DNA of 64,000 nucleotides, from contig JBFMGC010000011.1 in the NCBI GenBank assembly GCA_040752815.1, forward strand, positions 6,352-70,351, given 5' to 3'. A program made the translations under genes and the position numbers. The DNA is from Candidatus Zixiibacteriota bacterium. Its GTDB lineage: Bacteria > Zixibacteria > MSB-5A5 > GN15 > FEB-12. Of the stretch, positions 1 through 8,819 are shown piece by piece; positions within the stretch are counted from its first letter, which is position 1, and each line of letters starts with the position of its first letter. Below the pieces are notes generated by a model. The model was given only the letters and a program-made list of their open reading frames with translations. It did no database searches and was not told the origin of the DNA.

Positions 1-1
1 T

Positions 2-1393
2 GGCAAAGAGGGCCCGGTTGGTCTGATCACGTACATGCGCACCGATTCAACCCGCATAGCAGGCGAGGCGATAACCGCCGTGCGTGACCATATAGCCGCC
101 GAATACGGTGCATCTTACCTGCCGAGTAAGCCCAGGGTGTATGGAAAGCAAAAGCAGGCCCAGGATGCCCACGAGGCCATCAGGCCCACCTATCTAACTC
201 TGGCTCCGGATAAGGTCAGGAAGAGCCTGACTCCTCCCCAATATAAGCTGTACAAGCTGATTTGGAACCGGTTTGTGGCGTCGCAGATGAAGGACGCCGT
301 TTATGACATTGAAACGGTCGATATTACGGGCGGCAAGTATCTCCTTCGGGCCAAGTCACAGCGAATCAAGTTCGACGGTTTTCTTAAGGTCTATCACGAG
401 GAGAAAGAGCCGGATGAGAACGGCAACGGCGACAACGGGTACGAGCAGCTGCCGGCGATGGAAGAAGGGGAGAGCCTCAAGCTGAACAAGGTCGAGTCGG
501 AGCAGTCGTTTACCAAGCCGCCGGCGCGATATTCGGAGGCGATGCTGGTCAAGCGGCTGGAGGCTGACGGAATCGGCCGGCCTTCGACCTACGCCATGAT
601 TATCTCGACCCTGAAAGAGCGCAAGTATGTCGACTTGACTGAAAAGAAACTGCACCCAACCGATCTGGGGGTGACCGTCAACGGAATACTGGTCGAGCAC
701 TTTCCGAAGATATTCAACGTGCAGTTTACAGCCGGGATGGAGAAGGAATTAGACCTGGTCGAAGAGGGGAAAGACGACTGGGTGGACGTGGTACGGGAAT
801 TCTACGAGCCGTTCAGCGAACAACTCTCCTCCCTGAAAGGAAAAGAGCGCCAGATTAAGGCGGCGATGGTCGAAACCACCGATGTCAAATGCCCGAAGTG
901 CCAAAGCCCGATGGTCATCAAGTGGGGGCGCAATGGCCGGTTCCTGGCTTGTTCATCCTGGCCCAAGTGCAAGTCCACTCAGCCCCTACCCGAGGAAGCC
1001 GCCCGCAACCAGACCGATGAAAAGTGTGACAAGTGTGGTTCGCCGATGGTGGTTAAATCCGGGCGTTTCGGCCGCTTTATGGCCTGCTCCGCATATCCGG
1101 AATGCAAGAACACCAAGCCGCTGACTCTGGGGGTCAAGTGTCCCAAGAAGGGGTGCAACGGCAAGGTGATCGAAAAGACCACTCGCACCAAGCGAACATT
1201 CTTCGGGTGCACCAATTACCCGAAATGTGATTTTGCCAGCTGGGATCGCCCGGTGGCTACCCCTTGCCCCGTGTGCAGCAGTCCGTACATGCTGCAGAAA
1301 TCGTCGAAAGTAAAAGGCGAGTATCTCCGTTGCCCCGAGTGCAAGCATGAGATGGTCGAAGAGCAGCCTGCCGAGAATACTACCCCTGCCTGA
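2..1393 (+). CDS. topA: DNA topoisomerase I, C-terminal ~460 aa (5' end outside window)
   Basis: The frame is open from nt 2 and begins GKEGPVGLITYMRTDS, the type IA active-site Tyr motif. Four Cys4 zinc-ribbon repeats follow (CPKCQ..CSSWPKC, CDKCG..CSAYPEC, CPKKGC..CTNYPKC, CPVC..CPEC), typical of the bacterial TopA C-terminus. Confidence 0.93.
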   Translation, partial: GKEGPVGLITYMRTDSTRIAGEAITAVRDHIAAEYGASYLPSKPRVYGKQKQAQDAHEAIRPTYLTLAPDKVRKSLTPPQYKLYKLIWNRFVASQMKDAVYDIETVDITGGKYLLRAKSQRIKFDGFLKVYHEEKEPDENGNGDNGYEQLPAMEEGESLKLNKVESEQSFTKPPARYSEAMLVKRLEADGIGRPSTYAMIISTLKERKYVDLTEKKLHPTDLGVTVNGILVEHFPKIFNVQFTAGMEKELDLVEEGKDDWVDVVREFYEPFSEQLSSLKGKERQIKAAMVETTDVKCPKCQSPMVIKWGRNGRFLACSSWPKCKSTQPLPEEAARNQTDEKCDKCGSPMVVKSGRFGRFMACSAYPECKNTKPLTLGVKCPKKGCNGKVIEKTTRTKRTFFGCTNYPKCDFASWDRPVATPCPVCSSPYMLQKSSKVKGEYLRCPECKHEMVEEQPAENTTPA

Positions 1394-1630
1394 TATGAAC
1401 GAGTCTTGAAGACTGTATCGCCCGACTTGACTCGACCTGCCCATGCCGGTATGATTTGCCTTACAGGCTGAATGGTCTCAGAACTTCGCGGCCGGCGCCT
1501 TCACGACGGTAACTGGCCGCAAAATACCCGCAGTTGCCACGGATTGGCGCGTATGATCTATAACAAGCCTTGTAGAAGCCACCTGGGTTCGCCTCGCCGA
1601 GAAGATCAGTCGTAGTATTGGCCCGAACTT

Positions 1631-3631
1631 ATGACTGCATCGAAACCAGATTCCGACTCCCCCCGCCGCGACCACGCCGGTGGCCGCGCCGGACCCTCGT
1701 GGCATCCCTCGCCGAACGTGGTACCGTCGGCTGCCCGTCAGCTCCTCGATTCCCTGCGTGGAATCGACGATATGGTGTATTTCCTGGGCTTCGACGGCCG
1801 CACCTGTGGGTTCAATCCGGCCAGCGGGGAGCTGACCGGCTATTCACTTGACGAACTGGAATCCGACCCCGGGTTTCTCGGTCACCTGATCCACCCCGAT
1901 GACCTCTCGGCGTTGCGCGATCTCCACACTGATCGGCAGCCATCGATTGAGATCGACTATCGTCTGAAGGGCCGGGATGGTTCCTACCGATGGGTGCACT
2001 CCCATCAGATCGGAGTGAGGGACGAAGACGGTATGCTGTCCGGATACATCTGCCTGGATCGTGACGTGTCGGAACAAAAGGCTGTTCAGGCCGCGGTCCA
2101 GGTCGAACGCGATCGCACGCTGGAGTACATTAACATAGCCGGTGTCATTTTGGTCGCCCTCGACACCCAGGGGCGAGTCACCATGATAAACCGCATGGGG
2201 CGTCAGATTCTCGGGTATGAAGAAAGCGAGATTATCGGCGCAGGCTGGTTCGAGCACTTTCTACCGGCGTCCGAAAGGCAGCGGACACGGCGTGCTTTTG
2301 ACCAACTGATGGCCGGAGAACTGAGTCTGGCCGAGCGTTTTAACAACCCGGTGCTGACCAAGGACGGCCGTGAGCGCCTGATATCCTGGCGCAACATGAT
2401 CCTCCGCGACAAGTCGGGCAACATCACGGGCACGCTCAGCAGCGGAGAAGATATCACCGACCGTCGCCGCGCCGAGCGAGCCCTGGAACAGAGCGAGGCT
2501 CAGTTTCGCGCTCTGTTCGAGGGTACTTCAAGTTGCATCGTATTCATCAAGGACCGAATCATCAAGTATGCCAACGCGGCGGCCCTGCGGATGTTCGGCT
2601 ATACGCGCGAGGAAATGATCGGCCGGGACACGATGATCGTGCACACCTCGCCTGAGAGCTACGAACAGGGCAATCGCATTGTCTATGAATCGGTCCGGCA
2701 GAACGGGACATGGCAGGGCGAGTGGCTGCTAAAGCGAAAAGACGGCAGCCGGGTTTGGATGGATACGTATGTGACGGCGATGCCCGATGGCGGAACCGTC
2801 GTGATTCTCCACGACATCACCGACAGGGTCCAGGTCAAGGCCGCGTTGAGCGAGCGGGAGGCTGAGCTGACTGCTATCTTTCGCGCGGCGCCAGTCGGCA
2901 TCGGCCTCACAGTCGATCGTGTACTCAAGCAGGCCAACGAAAAACTTTGTGCCATGCTGGGATACACTCCGGAGGAACTGATCGGGCAAAGTGCCCGGAT
3001 TCTCTATCCTACCGATGAAGAATTCGAATATGTCGGTCGGGTCAAATACGATATGATTCACGAAAAGGGCACCGGCACGGTGGAGACACGTTGGAAGCGC
3101 AAGGACGGGACGGTTATCGACATCCTGCTCAGCTCGACACCGGTCGATCCGGCCGACTGGTCGAAAGGAATCACTTTCACGGCGCTGGACATTACGGAGC
3201 GCAAGAAAAGCGAACAGGCGCTGCTCGACAAAAACGTCGCTCTCAGGGAAATCCTCAATCAGATCTCCGCCGACCGCGAGGCTATTCGCGAGCAGATCGC
3301 TACCAACATTGGCGAGACGGTGCTGCCGATGCTCAAGCGAATCGAGGAGAAGGCATCCCCGTCGCAGCTCCCCCTTGTGGCGCAGCTCGAAAAAGACTTT
3401 AAACAGATCAGCGCCCCCTTCCTTGATCTGCTGAAGAAGCGCCAGCCCGCGCTTACTCCGCGTGAGACGGAGATTTGTCGGCTGATCAAGAACGGCATGA
3501 CCTCAAAGCAGATCGCCGAAGCACTTAATGTTTCGCTGGGCACGGTCCACAAATACCGCGAGTTGATACGCCGCAAACTCGGCCTGGCGAATGTCGACAT
3601 CAACCTCACCAGCTACCTGCAGAGTCTCTGA
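1631..3631 (+). CDS. Multi-PAS one-component transcriptional regulator with C-terminal LuxR/GerE HTH
   Basis: Four PAS/PAC-like units each end in a K/R-DGS/T..W motif (YRLKGRDGSYRWV, VLTKDGRERLISW, LLKRKDGSRVWM, RWKRKDGTVIDI). The C-terminus reads LTPRETEICRLIKNGMTSKQIAEALNVSLGTVHKYRELIRRKLG, a LuxR-type HTH. No kinase or receiver domain is seen. The start codon is uncertain. Confidence 0.8.
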   Translation: MTASKPDSDSPRRDHAGGRAGPSWHPSPNVVPSAARQLLDSLRGIDDMVYFLGFDGRTCGFNPASGELTGYSLDELESDPGFLGHLIHPDDLSALRDLHTDRQPSIEIDYRLKGRDGSYRWVHSHQIGVRDEDGMLSGYICLDRDVSEQKAVQAAVQVERDRTLEYINIAGVILVALDTQGRVTMINRMGRQILGYEESEIIGAGWFEHFLPASERQRTRRAFDQLMAGELSLAERFNNPVLTKDGRERLISWRNMILRDKSGNITGTLSSGEDITDRRRAERALEQSEAQFRALFEGTSSCIVFIKDRIIKYANAAALRMFGYTREEMIGRDTMIVHTSPESYEQGNRIVYESVRQNGTWQGEWLLKRKDGSRVWMDTYVTAMPDGGTVVILHDITDRVQVKAALSEREAELTAIFRAAPVGIGLTVDRVLKQANEKLCAMLGYTPEELIGQSARILYPTDEEFEYVGRVKYDMIHEKGTGTVETRWKRKDGTVIDILLSSTPVDPADWSKGITFTALDITERKKSEQALLDKNVALREILNQISADREAIREQIATNIGETVLPMLKRIEEKASPSQLPLVAQLEKDFKQISAPFLDLLKKRQPALTPRETEICRLIKNGMTSKQIAEALNVSLGTVHKYRELIRRKLGLANVDINLTSYLQSL

Positions 3632-3696
3632 AGATCCGGCACCGGACAGCACCGTTTTACTTTGACTGCCCCGATTGATTTCAATATCCTTAGAAC

Positions 3697-4611
3697 ATGC
3701 TCAGGGAAGCGCTGTCAGCGTTCTTGAAGGATCTGGCGGAAGACAAGGGGCGCGCCGCCCAGACGATTGCGGCCTATCAACGCGACCTGACCCCGTGGGT
3801 GGAATACCTCGAAGAACAATACACCGCGCTGCCGGACCAATCTAAGAATGACCCGCTGCTTTTGCGGGTATATCTGCAACAACGAGGCACCTCCGGCGTG
3901 TCTAATCGCTCGCTGGCACGGTTTCTTTCGGCGTTGTCATCGTTTCAGAAGTTTCTTGCGGGTAGGTCGAGTACCGCCGGCTATCTATTTCAAATCCCCC
4001 GTATCAAGTTCGGTTCGCGCCTGCCGCAGTTTTTGCCGCAGGCGGACACCGCTCGGCTGTTTGAGCATGGCAATGCCCGCGAGGATAAGCAGTCGTATTT
4101 CTATTGGCGCGATTATCTGATGATAGCGCTGCTTTACGTCACCGGAGTGCGGAGGGAGGAACTGTCCCGTATCAGGCTCGGAGATATCGACATGCGCCAG
4201 GGTCTGATACGTGTGATCGGAAAAGGCAACAAAGAACGCGTGGTGCCGATTGGCGACACCACCACGGCCGACTTGAAGGTGTATTTGGCCAAACGCGGTC
4301 AATTTGTCGATGAGAGAGGACCACACGCAACAGAGCTGTTTTTGAATCGCCTTGGGCAGCCTCTGACCGTACGGTCGGTTGACCGACTGGTGAAGCAGTT
4401 TGGACGCGGCGAGGGACTTGACTTCACGCCGCACACTCTCCGACACTCCTTTGCCACGCACCTGATGGAGAACGGCGCCGACCTGATGTTGATCAAGGAG
4501 ATCCTCGGGCACGCATCACTGTCAACCACCCAGAAGTACACCCATGTCACTGCAGAGACGCTGAAGAAAGCGTATCAAAGAGCGCACCCGCGGTCAGGGG
4601 CGAAGAATTAG
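3697..4611 (+). CDS. Tyrosine site-specific recombinase, XerC/XerD family
   Basis: The C-terminal catalytic region HTLRHSFATHLMENGADLMLIKEILGHASLSTTQKYTHV gives the R..HxxR..H..Y signature. There is an N-terminal core-binding domain, and the 304-aa length is typical of Xer proteins. Confidence 0.85.
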   Translation: MLREALSAFLKDLAEDKGRAAQTIAAYQRDLTPWVEYLEEQYTALPDQSKNDPLLLRVYLQQRGTSGVSNRSLARFLSALSSFQKFLAGRSSTAGYLFQIPRIKFGSRLPQFLPQADTARLFEHGNAREDKQSYFYWRDYLMIALLYVTGVRREELSRIRLGDIDMRQGLIRVIGKGNKERVVPIGDTTTADLKVYLAKRGQFVDERGPHATELFLNRLGQPLTVRSVDRLVKQFGRGEGLDFTPHTLRHSFATHLMENGADLMLIKEILGHASLSTTQKYTHVTAETLKKAYQRAHPRSGAKN

Positions 4612-4673
4612 GGGGGATATCTCAATCTCATCCCACCCCCAAGCGGGTGGGCCACCCGGCATGGTTTGTAGTG

Positions 4674-4699
4674 CCCGGCAGATGTCCTCATCTGCCGGC
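4674..4699. terminator. Stable hairpin between convergent genes (possible terminator, no clear U-tract)
   Basis: gcccggcagatg-tcct-catctgccggc forms an 11-bp perfect stem. It lies between the recombinase stop (4611) and the LiaF-like gene stop (4769). Two further GC hairpins flank it. No T-run follows on either strand. Confidence 0.3.
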
Positions 4700-4768
4700 G
4701 GCGGCCAGTTCTTCACTTGGGAGCGACTCCCATCCCAGCGCCCGCCGCAGGCGGGCTGGGGCAACGGG

Positions 4769-5488
4769 TCAGACCACGTATATCCGCACGTCGCCGATGA
4801 AGTGATTGCTGGCGATATACATTTTCGAAGGTGCGTCGCTATAGTCCGCGGTTTGAGCGTCCAGTGAATTTCCGAATCCGGATGACCGCTTGCCCATCAT
4901 CTCGATATCGCCGATAAAACTGGAGCTCTGCGCCAGAAGCGCCATCCCTTCGGGCACCAGGACGCGCACGTCACCTACGAATCCAGAGATGATCATGCGA
5001 TTGAGCCCCGGCGCCAGTTGTCCCCCGTGAAGCTTGACCTCGACATCGCCGATGAAGCTGCTGACCTCAACGTTCTGGAGCGAGACGCCGCTGCAGTCTA
5101 CGTAAAGGTCGCCGATGAATTTGTCGTAGCGCACCTTGCCGATCTTCCCCTGCTCAGGAGTCGCTGATACTCGTACGCTTTTGCCCGGGGCAGCCCCACG
5201 AGAAGTTCGATCTGATTCAGGCCGTCGGAAGTCTTGGCTATGAACCGCCGGCGCAGGCGGAGGGGACGGGTACGGGTACTGTTCGGCAGCCGTGCCGGTC
5301 GTTGGATCGACCTTCTCCTGGCTGCGCCGCCGGGCTAACAGCCACAACCCGACGCCGATCAAAAAAAGCGGAAAGAGGTAACCGAGGAATTCCCCGAAGG
5401 TGAAATCGAGCAGTCCGGTGGTCCGGCAGAGCAAGAGTACGCCCAGGACTATTAAAATCGCACCTGCTATCCATTTTTGCCCGGACAT
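4769..5488 (-). CDS. LiaF-like / cell-wall-active-antibiotic-response family membrane protein
   Basis: Two N-terminal TM helices (IAGAILIVLGVLLL, LFPLFLIGVGLWLLA) are followed by a Pro-rich linker. The C-terminal domain carries five F(I/V)GD(V/I/L) beta-strand repeats (FIGDLYV, FIGDVEV, FVGDVRV, FIGDIEM, FIGDVRI), as in LiaF/DUF2154 domains. Confidence 0.65.
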   Translation of the reverse strand: MSGQKWIAGAILIVLGVLLLCRTTGLLDFTFGEFLGYLFPLFLIGVGLWLLARRRSQEKVDPTTGTAAEQYPYPSPPPAPAVHSQDFRRPESDRTSRGAAPGKSVRVSATPEQGKIGKVRYDKFIGDLYVDCSGVSLQNVEVSSFIGDVEVKLHGGQLAPGLNRMIISGFVGDVRVLVPEGMALLAQSSSFIGDIEMMGKRSSGFGNSLDAQTADYSDAPSKMYIASNHFIGDVRIYVV

Positions 5489-5798
5489 GTTACTCGTCTC
5501 TCGTTCAGCTTCCTCTATATGGCTTACGAAATATGCCTCAAGCGGTTACACGCCGCAAGGTATTTGACCGAGTGGCATAGGAAACGAGGGTTGACGAATT
5601 GCTCGAATTCTAAACAGCATCCCGGCGTGCTGGGCGGACACCGGGCATGCGGCCGAGGCGTCAGTTCTCCGCCCATTCCGGCCACGGGCGGCCGGAATGG
5701 TTCAGACTATGAATCTGACGCAACAAGTCGTCGGTAAGCGGACTGCTGAATCCACTACGTGAGAGACGTCGTGGCGCGAGTCGCCACTACAAGCCCGG

Positions 5799-7208
5799 CT
5801 ACTGCCCGTAACGCTTGCGGAATTCCTCCGCCGCCTTAATTCGCGCCTTCTTTACCTCTTCCGGTTCGTTGCCGGTGTACCACTTGTGGTCATCCATATC
5901 GAGTACCGACGCTATCAGCTCTTCGACTTCTTTGGCAGCTACCGCTTTCTCGTCACCTTCGGCCTTGCCGTGCTCGACTATCTCACGAGCCTGCGCCAGG
6001 AAGGGGCCGTAGAACCGGTCGGCAACTTCAAAGAAGCCGTGCCATTGCGTGTAATCGGGGGCGAACATGGCGGCGCCCATCCGCGCCCGACGTCCCTCGT
6101 GATGCCAGAGATAGAAGTAGGTCCACTCGAACTCATCGTCGAAAGTAATATCCGCCGTGATTAGTCCGGTCGATCTGATCTTGTCATAGATATTGGTCGC
6201 CGGGATTGCGAACTTGTTGTTGTAGAGTTCGACCGCAGCGTCGTACTGCGTGTAGAAGTTGTCTACGTAACTGCTCGTGTGGCAGTTGGAGCAGACGTTT
6301 TTCATGTCTGCCCGACGAGCCTCCCAGCTCTTGACCGTCTTGCCGGCCTTTTTCGCGGCGGCGTCGACCTTTTGCGAAATCGGCGGGCGCAGAGTCCAAC
6401 TGATGCGGTCGCCGACATCGTGTGTCAACGGTAAATCCTGGGTGGCCGACATGTGGCAGGTCGCGCAGGTCGGCGCGGCCGAGTAGTCCACGCCCACTAT
6501 CCATGACGCGCTTCCCAGTGCCATGCGGTCGATATTCGCGTAATAGGCGATCCCGTGCTTTGATTCCTCGTAGATTTCTTTCTGGGGATGGTCCGGGCCC
6601 AGGTGGCACTTGCCGCAATTCTCGGGCTGGCGCGCGAGGGCGGCGTCGAACGAATGGCGGCTATGGCAGGCGGCGCATGACCCCTTGGAGCCGTCGGGGT
6701 TGATCCGCCCCATGCCGGAGTTTGGCCAGGTGGCCGGGTCAAGCTGCCCCTCGGCGAGCACCTTGACTACCGAACCATGACACTGCTTGCAGCCGTTGAC
6801 CGCGGCCGCCGGACCCTCGACCACCTCACCGAGGACATTGTCCAGCGAACCCAGAATCGCACCGGCATCGGCATGGTGCGATTTCTGAAACTGCTCGAAC
6901 TCGACCTGGTGGCACTTAGAGCAGTCTTTCGGTGAGACGATTATGGCGATGTTATACCCGTTGTGCTCGAAACCGTCGGGATCACTCGGCTCAGCCGCGT
7001 GACACTCAAAGCAGCCGACATCGGCTGCGTAGTGACGGCTCCAGCGCCATTCCTTTACCAGTCCCGGCATGTCGGATTCGTGGCATTCGATACACGATGC
7101 CGACTCCTCGGTCAGCTTGTTGGGAACCGAGCGATACTGGCCGACCACGGCTGACCCGGCCAGCCCCATAATCAGTATCCCGATTAGTATAGTTTTTCGC
7201 TGTCTCAT
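5799..7208 (-). CDS. Octahaem c-type cytochrome, hydroxylamine-oxidoreductase-like (HAO/epsilon-Hao-like) family
   Basis: Eight CxxCH motifs are present (CIECH, CFECH, CSKCH, CKQCH, CAACH, CGKCH, CATCH, CSNCH). There is an N-terminal signal/anchor (ILIGILIMGLAGSAVV). The C-terminal segment WTYFYLWHHEGRRARMGAAMFAPDYTQWHGFFE matches my recollection of HAO-family proteins. A GGAGG sits 12 nt upstream of the ATG. Confidence 0.75.
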   Translation of the reverse strand: MRQRKTILIGILIMGLAGSAVVGQYRSVPNKLTEESASCIECHESDMPGLVKEWRWSRHYAADVGCFECHAAEPSDPDGFEHNGYNIAIIVSPKDCSKCHQVEFEQFQKSHHADAGAILGSLDNVLGEVVEGPAAAVNGCKQCHGSVVKVLAEGQLDPATWPNSGMGRINPDGSKGSCAACHSRHSFDAALARQPENCGKCHLGPDHPQKEIYEESKHGIAYYANIDRMALGSASWIVGVDYSAAPTCATCHMSATQDLPLTHDVGDRISWTLRPPISQKVDAAAKKAGKTVKSWEARRADMKNVCSNCHTSSYVDNFYTQYDAAVELYNNKFAIPATNIYDKIRSTGLITADITFDDEFEWTYFYLWHHEGRRARMGAAMFAPDYTQWHGFFEVADRFYGPFLAQAREIVEHGKAEGDEKAVAAKEVEELIASVLDMDDHKWYTGNEPEEVKKARIKAAEEFRKRYGQ

Positions 7209-7268
7209 AGTGTGTTTAATCCTCCAGTCGTATCGCCTTCAGTCGTCTTTATCAGTCGAGTACGCTTG

Positions 7269-8561
7269 TCAAAAGTTCACAGTGGTTTGAGTGTACAGCC
7301 ACCATGTCGGGTCGGCCTGGGTAAGGTCGGCATCGCCCTCGCGAAATCGTACGAACGATTCTTTGGGCAGAAACACCGACCCTCCCGCAGTAGCCTTGAC
7401 TCCGGCTATGCTAACGGTGTTGATCGTGATGTCTATCTCCATGCCGACGTCGAAGGTGGCCTGTCCGGTGCCGGGATCGCGATAGTTCTGCGCCGTGCGG
7501 AAGTAGTGGAAGTCCGCGCCGGCGGTCCAGTTAGGATGAGGATTAAACCTGGCTCGACCCAGGATATCTATAAGCCCCGCCGACTCCGAATTGACGAAGT
7601 TATCCATATAGCCCCTGAACTTGTGGCCGGTGTAATACGTGTTGTCGTAAGTTTTGATTTTCGTGTCGGTGGAATCATCGTCGCCCGAGGCGAAGTCGAC
7701 ACCGGCCGAAATCTGTGCTTTGGCGCTACCGGCGAAAGCATAACCGGCCTCGGCAGTTAACATAAAAGCCTGGAGATCGTAAGTAGTCGCTTCGTTGATA
7801 ACCTGGCCCGTCTGAAATGCACCGTTTAGCTCTAAATCAAGTGGTTCGATCTGCTTCTTATAGTAGATGCCGAAGTTCCACCGATCGAGCACATGATCGT
7901 CCGGATCGGTCACGCTTGTTTCTTCTCCAAAGAGTGATCCGGCCGTGTCAAAATCGATTTCGTAAAAGGCGAACAGTTCTACTCCGGCGCTGTCCAGCTC
8001 GACCAGCGCACCGAAAACATCGAAATCACCGTTGAAGCCTTCGTAATTCTCTTCCTGCGGTTTTAGCCAGAAGCCGTTTATGGTGAAGCCGGGGGACTCA
8101 TACCACCCGATCGCCCCCTCCCATATGCGGCCGACATTGTGCCAGTCTACCGAGCCGAACACGCGCTGATTTCCCAGGTCGAACGCAAACCGGCCGGCCT
8201 TGCTGCCAAAGCCGTCGAACCAGATCCGGTCAACCTGGATGTATGCCTGATGCAGGTCAACGTTTTTGCCGTCGTTCAACGAGCCGGACTGCAGCTTGCC
8301 GAACTGATCCCTGCCTCCGAGAGTGCGGCTGTCCTGGAATTGAACAAAAGCGTGCGCGTTGCTGTCGATCGTGGCCTCTAAGCCGACCCGTGTTCTCATG
8401 AGCGCAAAAGTCCGGGTCGTGAACGCCGTATCGAATGACTTTTCATCAAGCTCGCACCGCACTCGGATCTGCCCCGATGTTTTAAGGGTCGTCTCCGCCG
8501 ATGCCGCACCAGTGAGTATCGCCAGAATCGGGATCAGGACGCTGAAATGACATTTTTTCAC
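7269..8561 (-). CDS. Outer-membrane beta-barrel porin-like protein (possibly alginate-export-like family)
   Basis: Start is reassigned to the GTG at 8561, preceded by AAGGAG. This gives the signal peptide VKKCHFSVLIPILAILTGAASA-ETT. The sequence shows an alternating amphipathic pattern rich in Gly/Asp/aromatic residues and ends YTQTTVNF, with the terminal Phe typical of OMP beta-signals. It lies 60 nt upstream of the octahaem cytochrome on the same strand. Confidence 0.6.
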   Translation of the reverse strand: MKKCHFSVLIPILAILTGAASAETTLKTSGQIRVRCELDEKSFDTAFTTRTFALMRTRVGLEATIDSNAHAFVQFQDSRTLGGRDQFGKLQSGSLNDGKNVDLHQAYIQVDRIWFDGFGSKAGRFAFDLGNQRVFGSVDWHNVGRIWEGAIGWYESPGFTINGFWLKPQEENYEGFNGDFDVFGALVELDSAGVELFAFYEIDFDTAGSLFGEETSVTDPDDHVLDRWNFGIYYKKQIEPLDLELNGAFQTGQVINEATTYDLQAFMLTAEAGYAFAGSAKAQISAGVDFASGDDDSTDTKIKTYDNTYYTGHKFRGYMDNFVNSESAGLIDILGRARFNPHPNWTAGADFHYFRTAQNYRDPGTGQATFDVGMEIDITINTVSIAGVKATAGGSVFLPKESFVRFREGDADLTQADPTWWLYTQTTVNF

Positions 8562-8647
8562 GTTGAACTCCTTGAAGCCTGAGAATCCTGTTAATGCCGT
8601 GTCTCGGTCATGCGTCGGATCGCCCCGGCGGTCCACGCGACACTGCC

Positions 8648-8690
8648 ATAATCGCAGTTCATGCCTAAGCTGTCATTTGACTCAAGTCAA
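8648..8690 (-). promoter_or_regulatory. Candidate FNR/CRP-family (Dnr/FixK-type) box plus -10 element for the porin-cytochrome operon
   Basis: A perfect palindrome TTGAC-TCAA-GTCAA at 8677-8690 fits the TTGAY-N4-RTCAA consensus. On the minus strand a GATTAT hexamer (8648-8653) lies 23 nt downstream of the box. That spacing would centre the box near -42, as in class II FNR-type promoters. Confidence 0.4.
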
Positions 8691-8748
8691 GAAAAACCGC
8701 CCGCGAGATCGCTTTCAGTGGTTATGGATGTCGACCTTAGCTCACGCC

Positions 8749-8777
8749 TTGACAGCTTGACCCTTGCCGCCTTTATT
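8749..8777 (+). promoter_or_regulatory. Possible sigma70-type promoter for argF
   Basis: TTGACA (8749-8754), a 17-nt spacer, then TTTATT (8772-8777), about 43 nt upstream of the argF ATG. The -10 matches consensus at only 4 of 6 positions. Confidence 0.3.
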
Positions 8778-8819
8778 GGCCGGAAATTGTGCCGTAAACT
8801 CGACATTTGAGGAGAAGAT

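Noticed and set aside
3697-4611. Tyrosine recombinase as an integrase marking a genomic island
   Set aside because: Its motifs and length fit chromosomal XerC/XerD. There is no adjacent tRNA, no direct repeats, and no phage or mobile genes, and the flanking genes are ordinary chromosomal functions.
5799-8561. Porin-cytochrome extracellular electron-transfer conduit (Mtr/Pcc-like)
   Set aside because: Known conduits pair the barrel with both a periplasmic and an extracellular multihaem lipoprotein cytochrome. Here there is a single HAO-like octahaem protein with an enzyme-type C-terminal region and no lipobox, so an enzyme-plus-substrate-porin reading is preferred. The EET idea is left unclaimed.
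8562-8636. 25-codon N-terminal extension of the porin ORF. Analogous extensions occur in the trihaem cytochrome (35948-36064), the lipoprotein at 39337-39480, the M28 peptidase (12071-12178) and the M29 peptidase (44227-44283).
   Set aside because: In each case an internal start gives a proper signal peptide or a conserved family N-terminus, and mostly a better Shine-Dalgarno. The extensions overlap upstream genes or intergenic hairpins.
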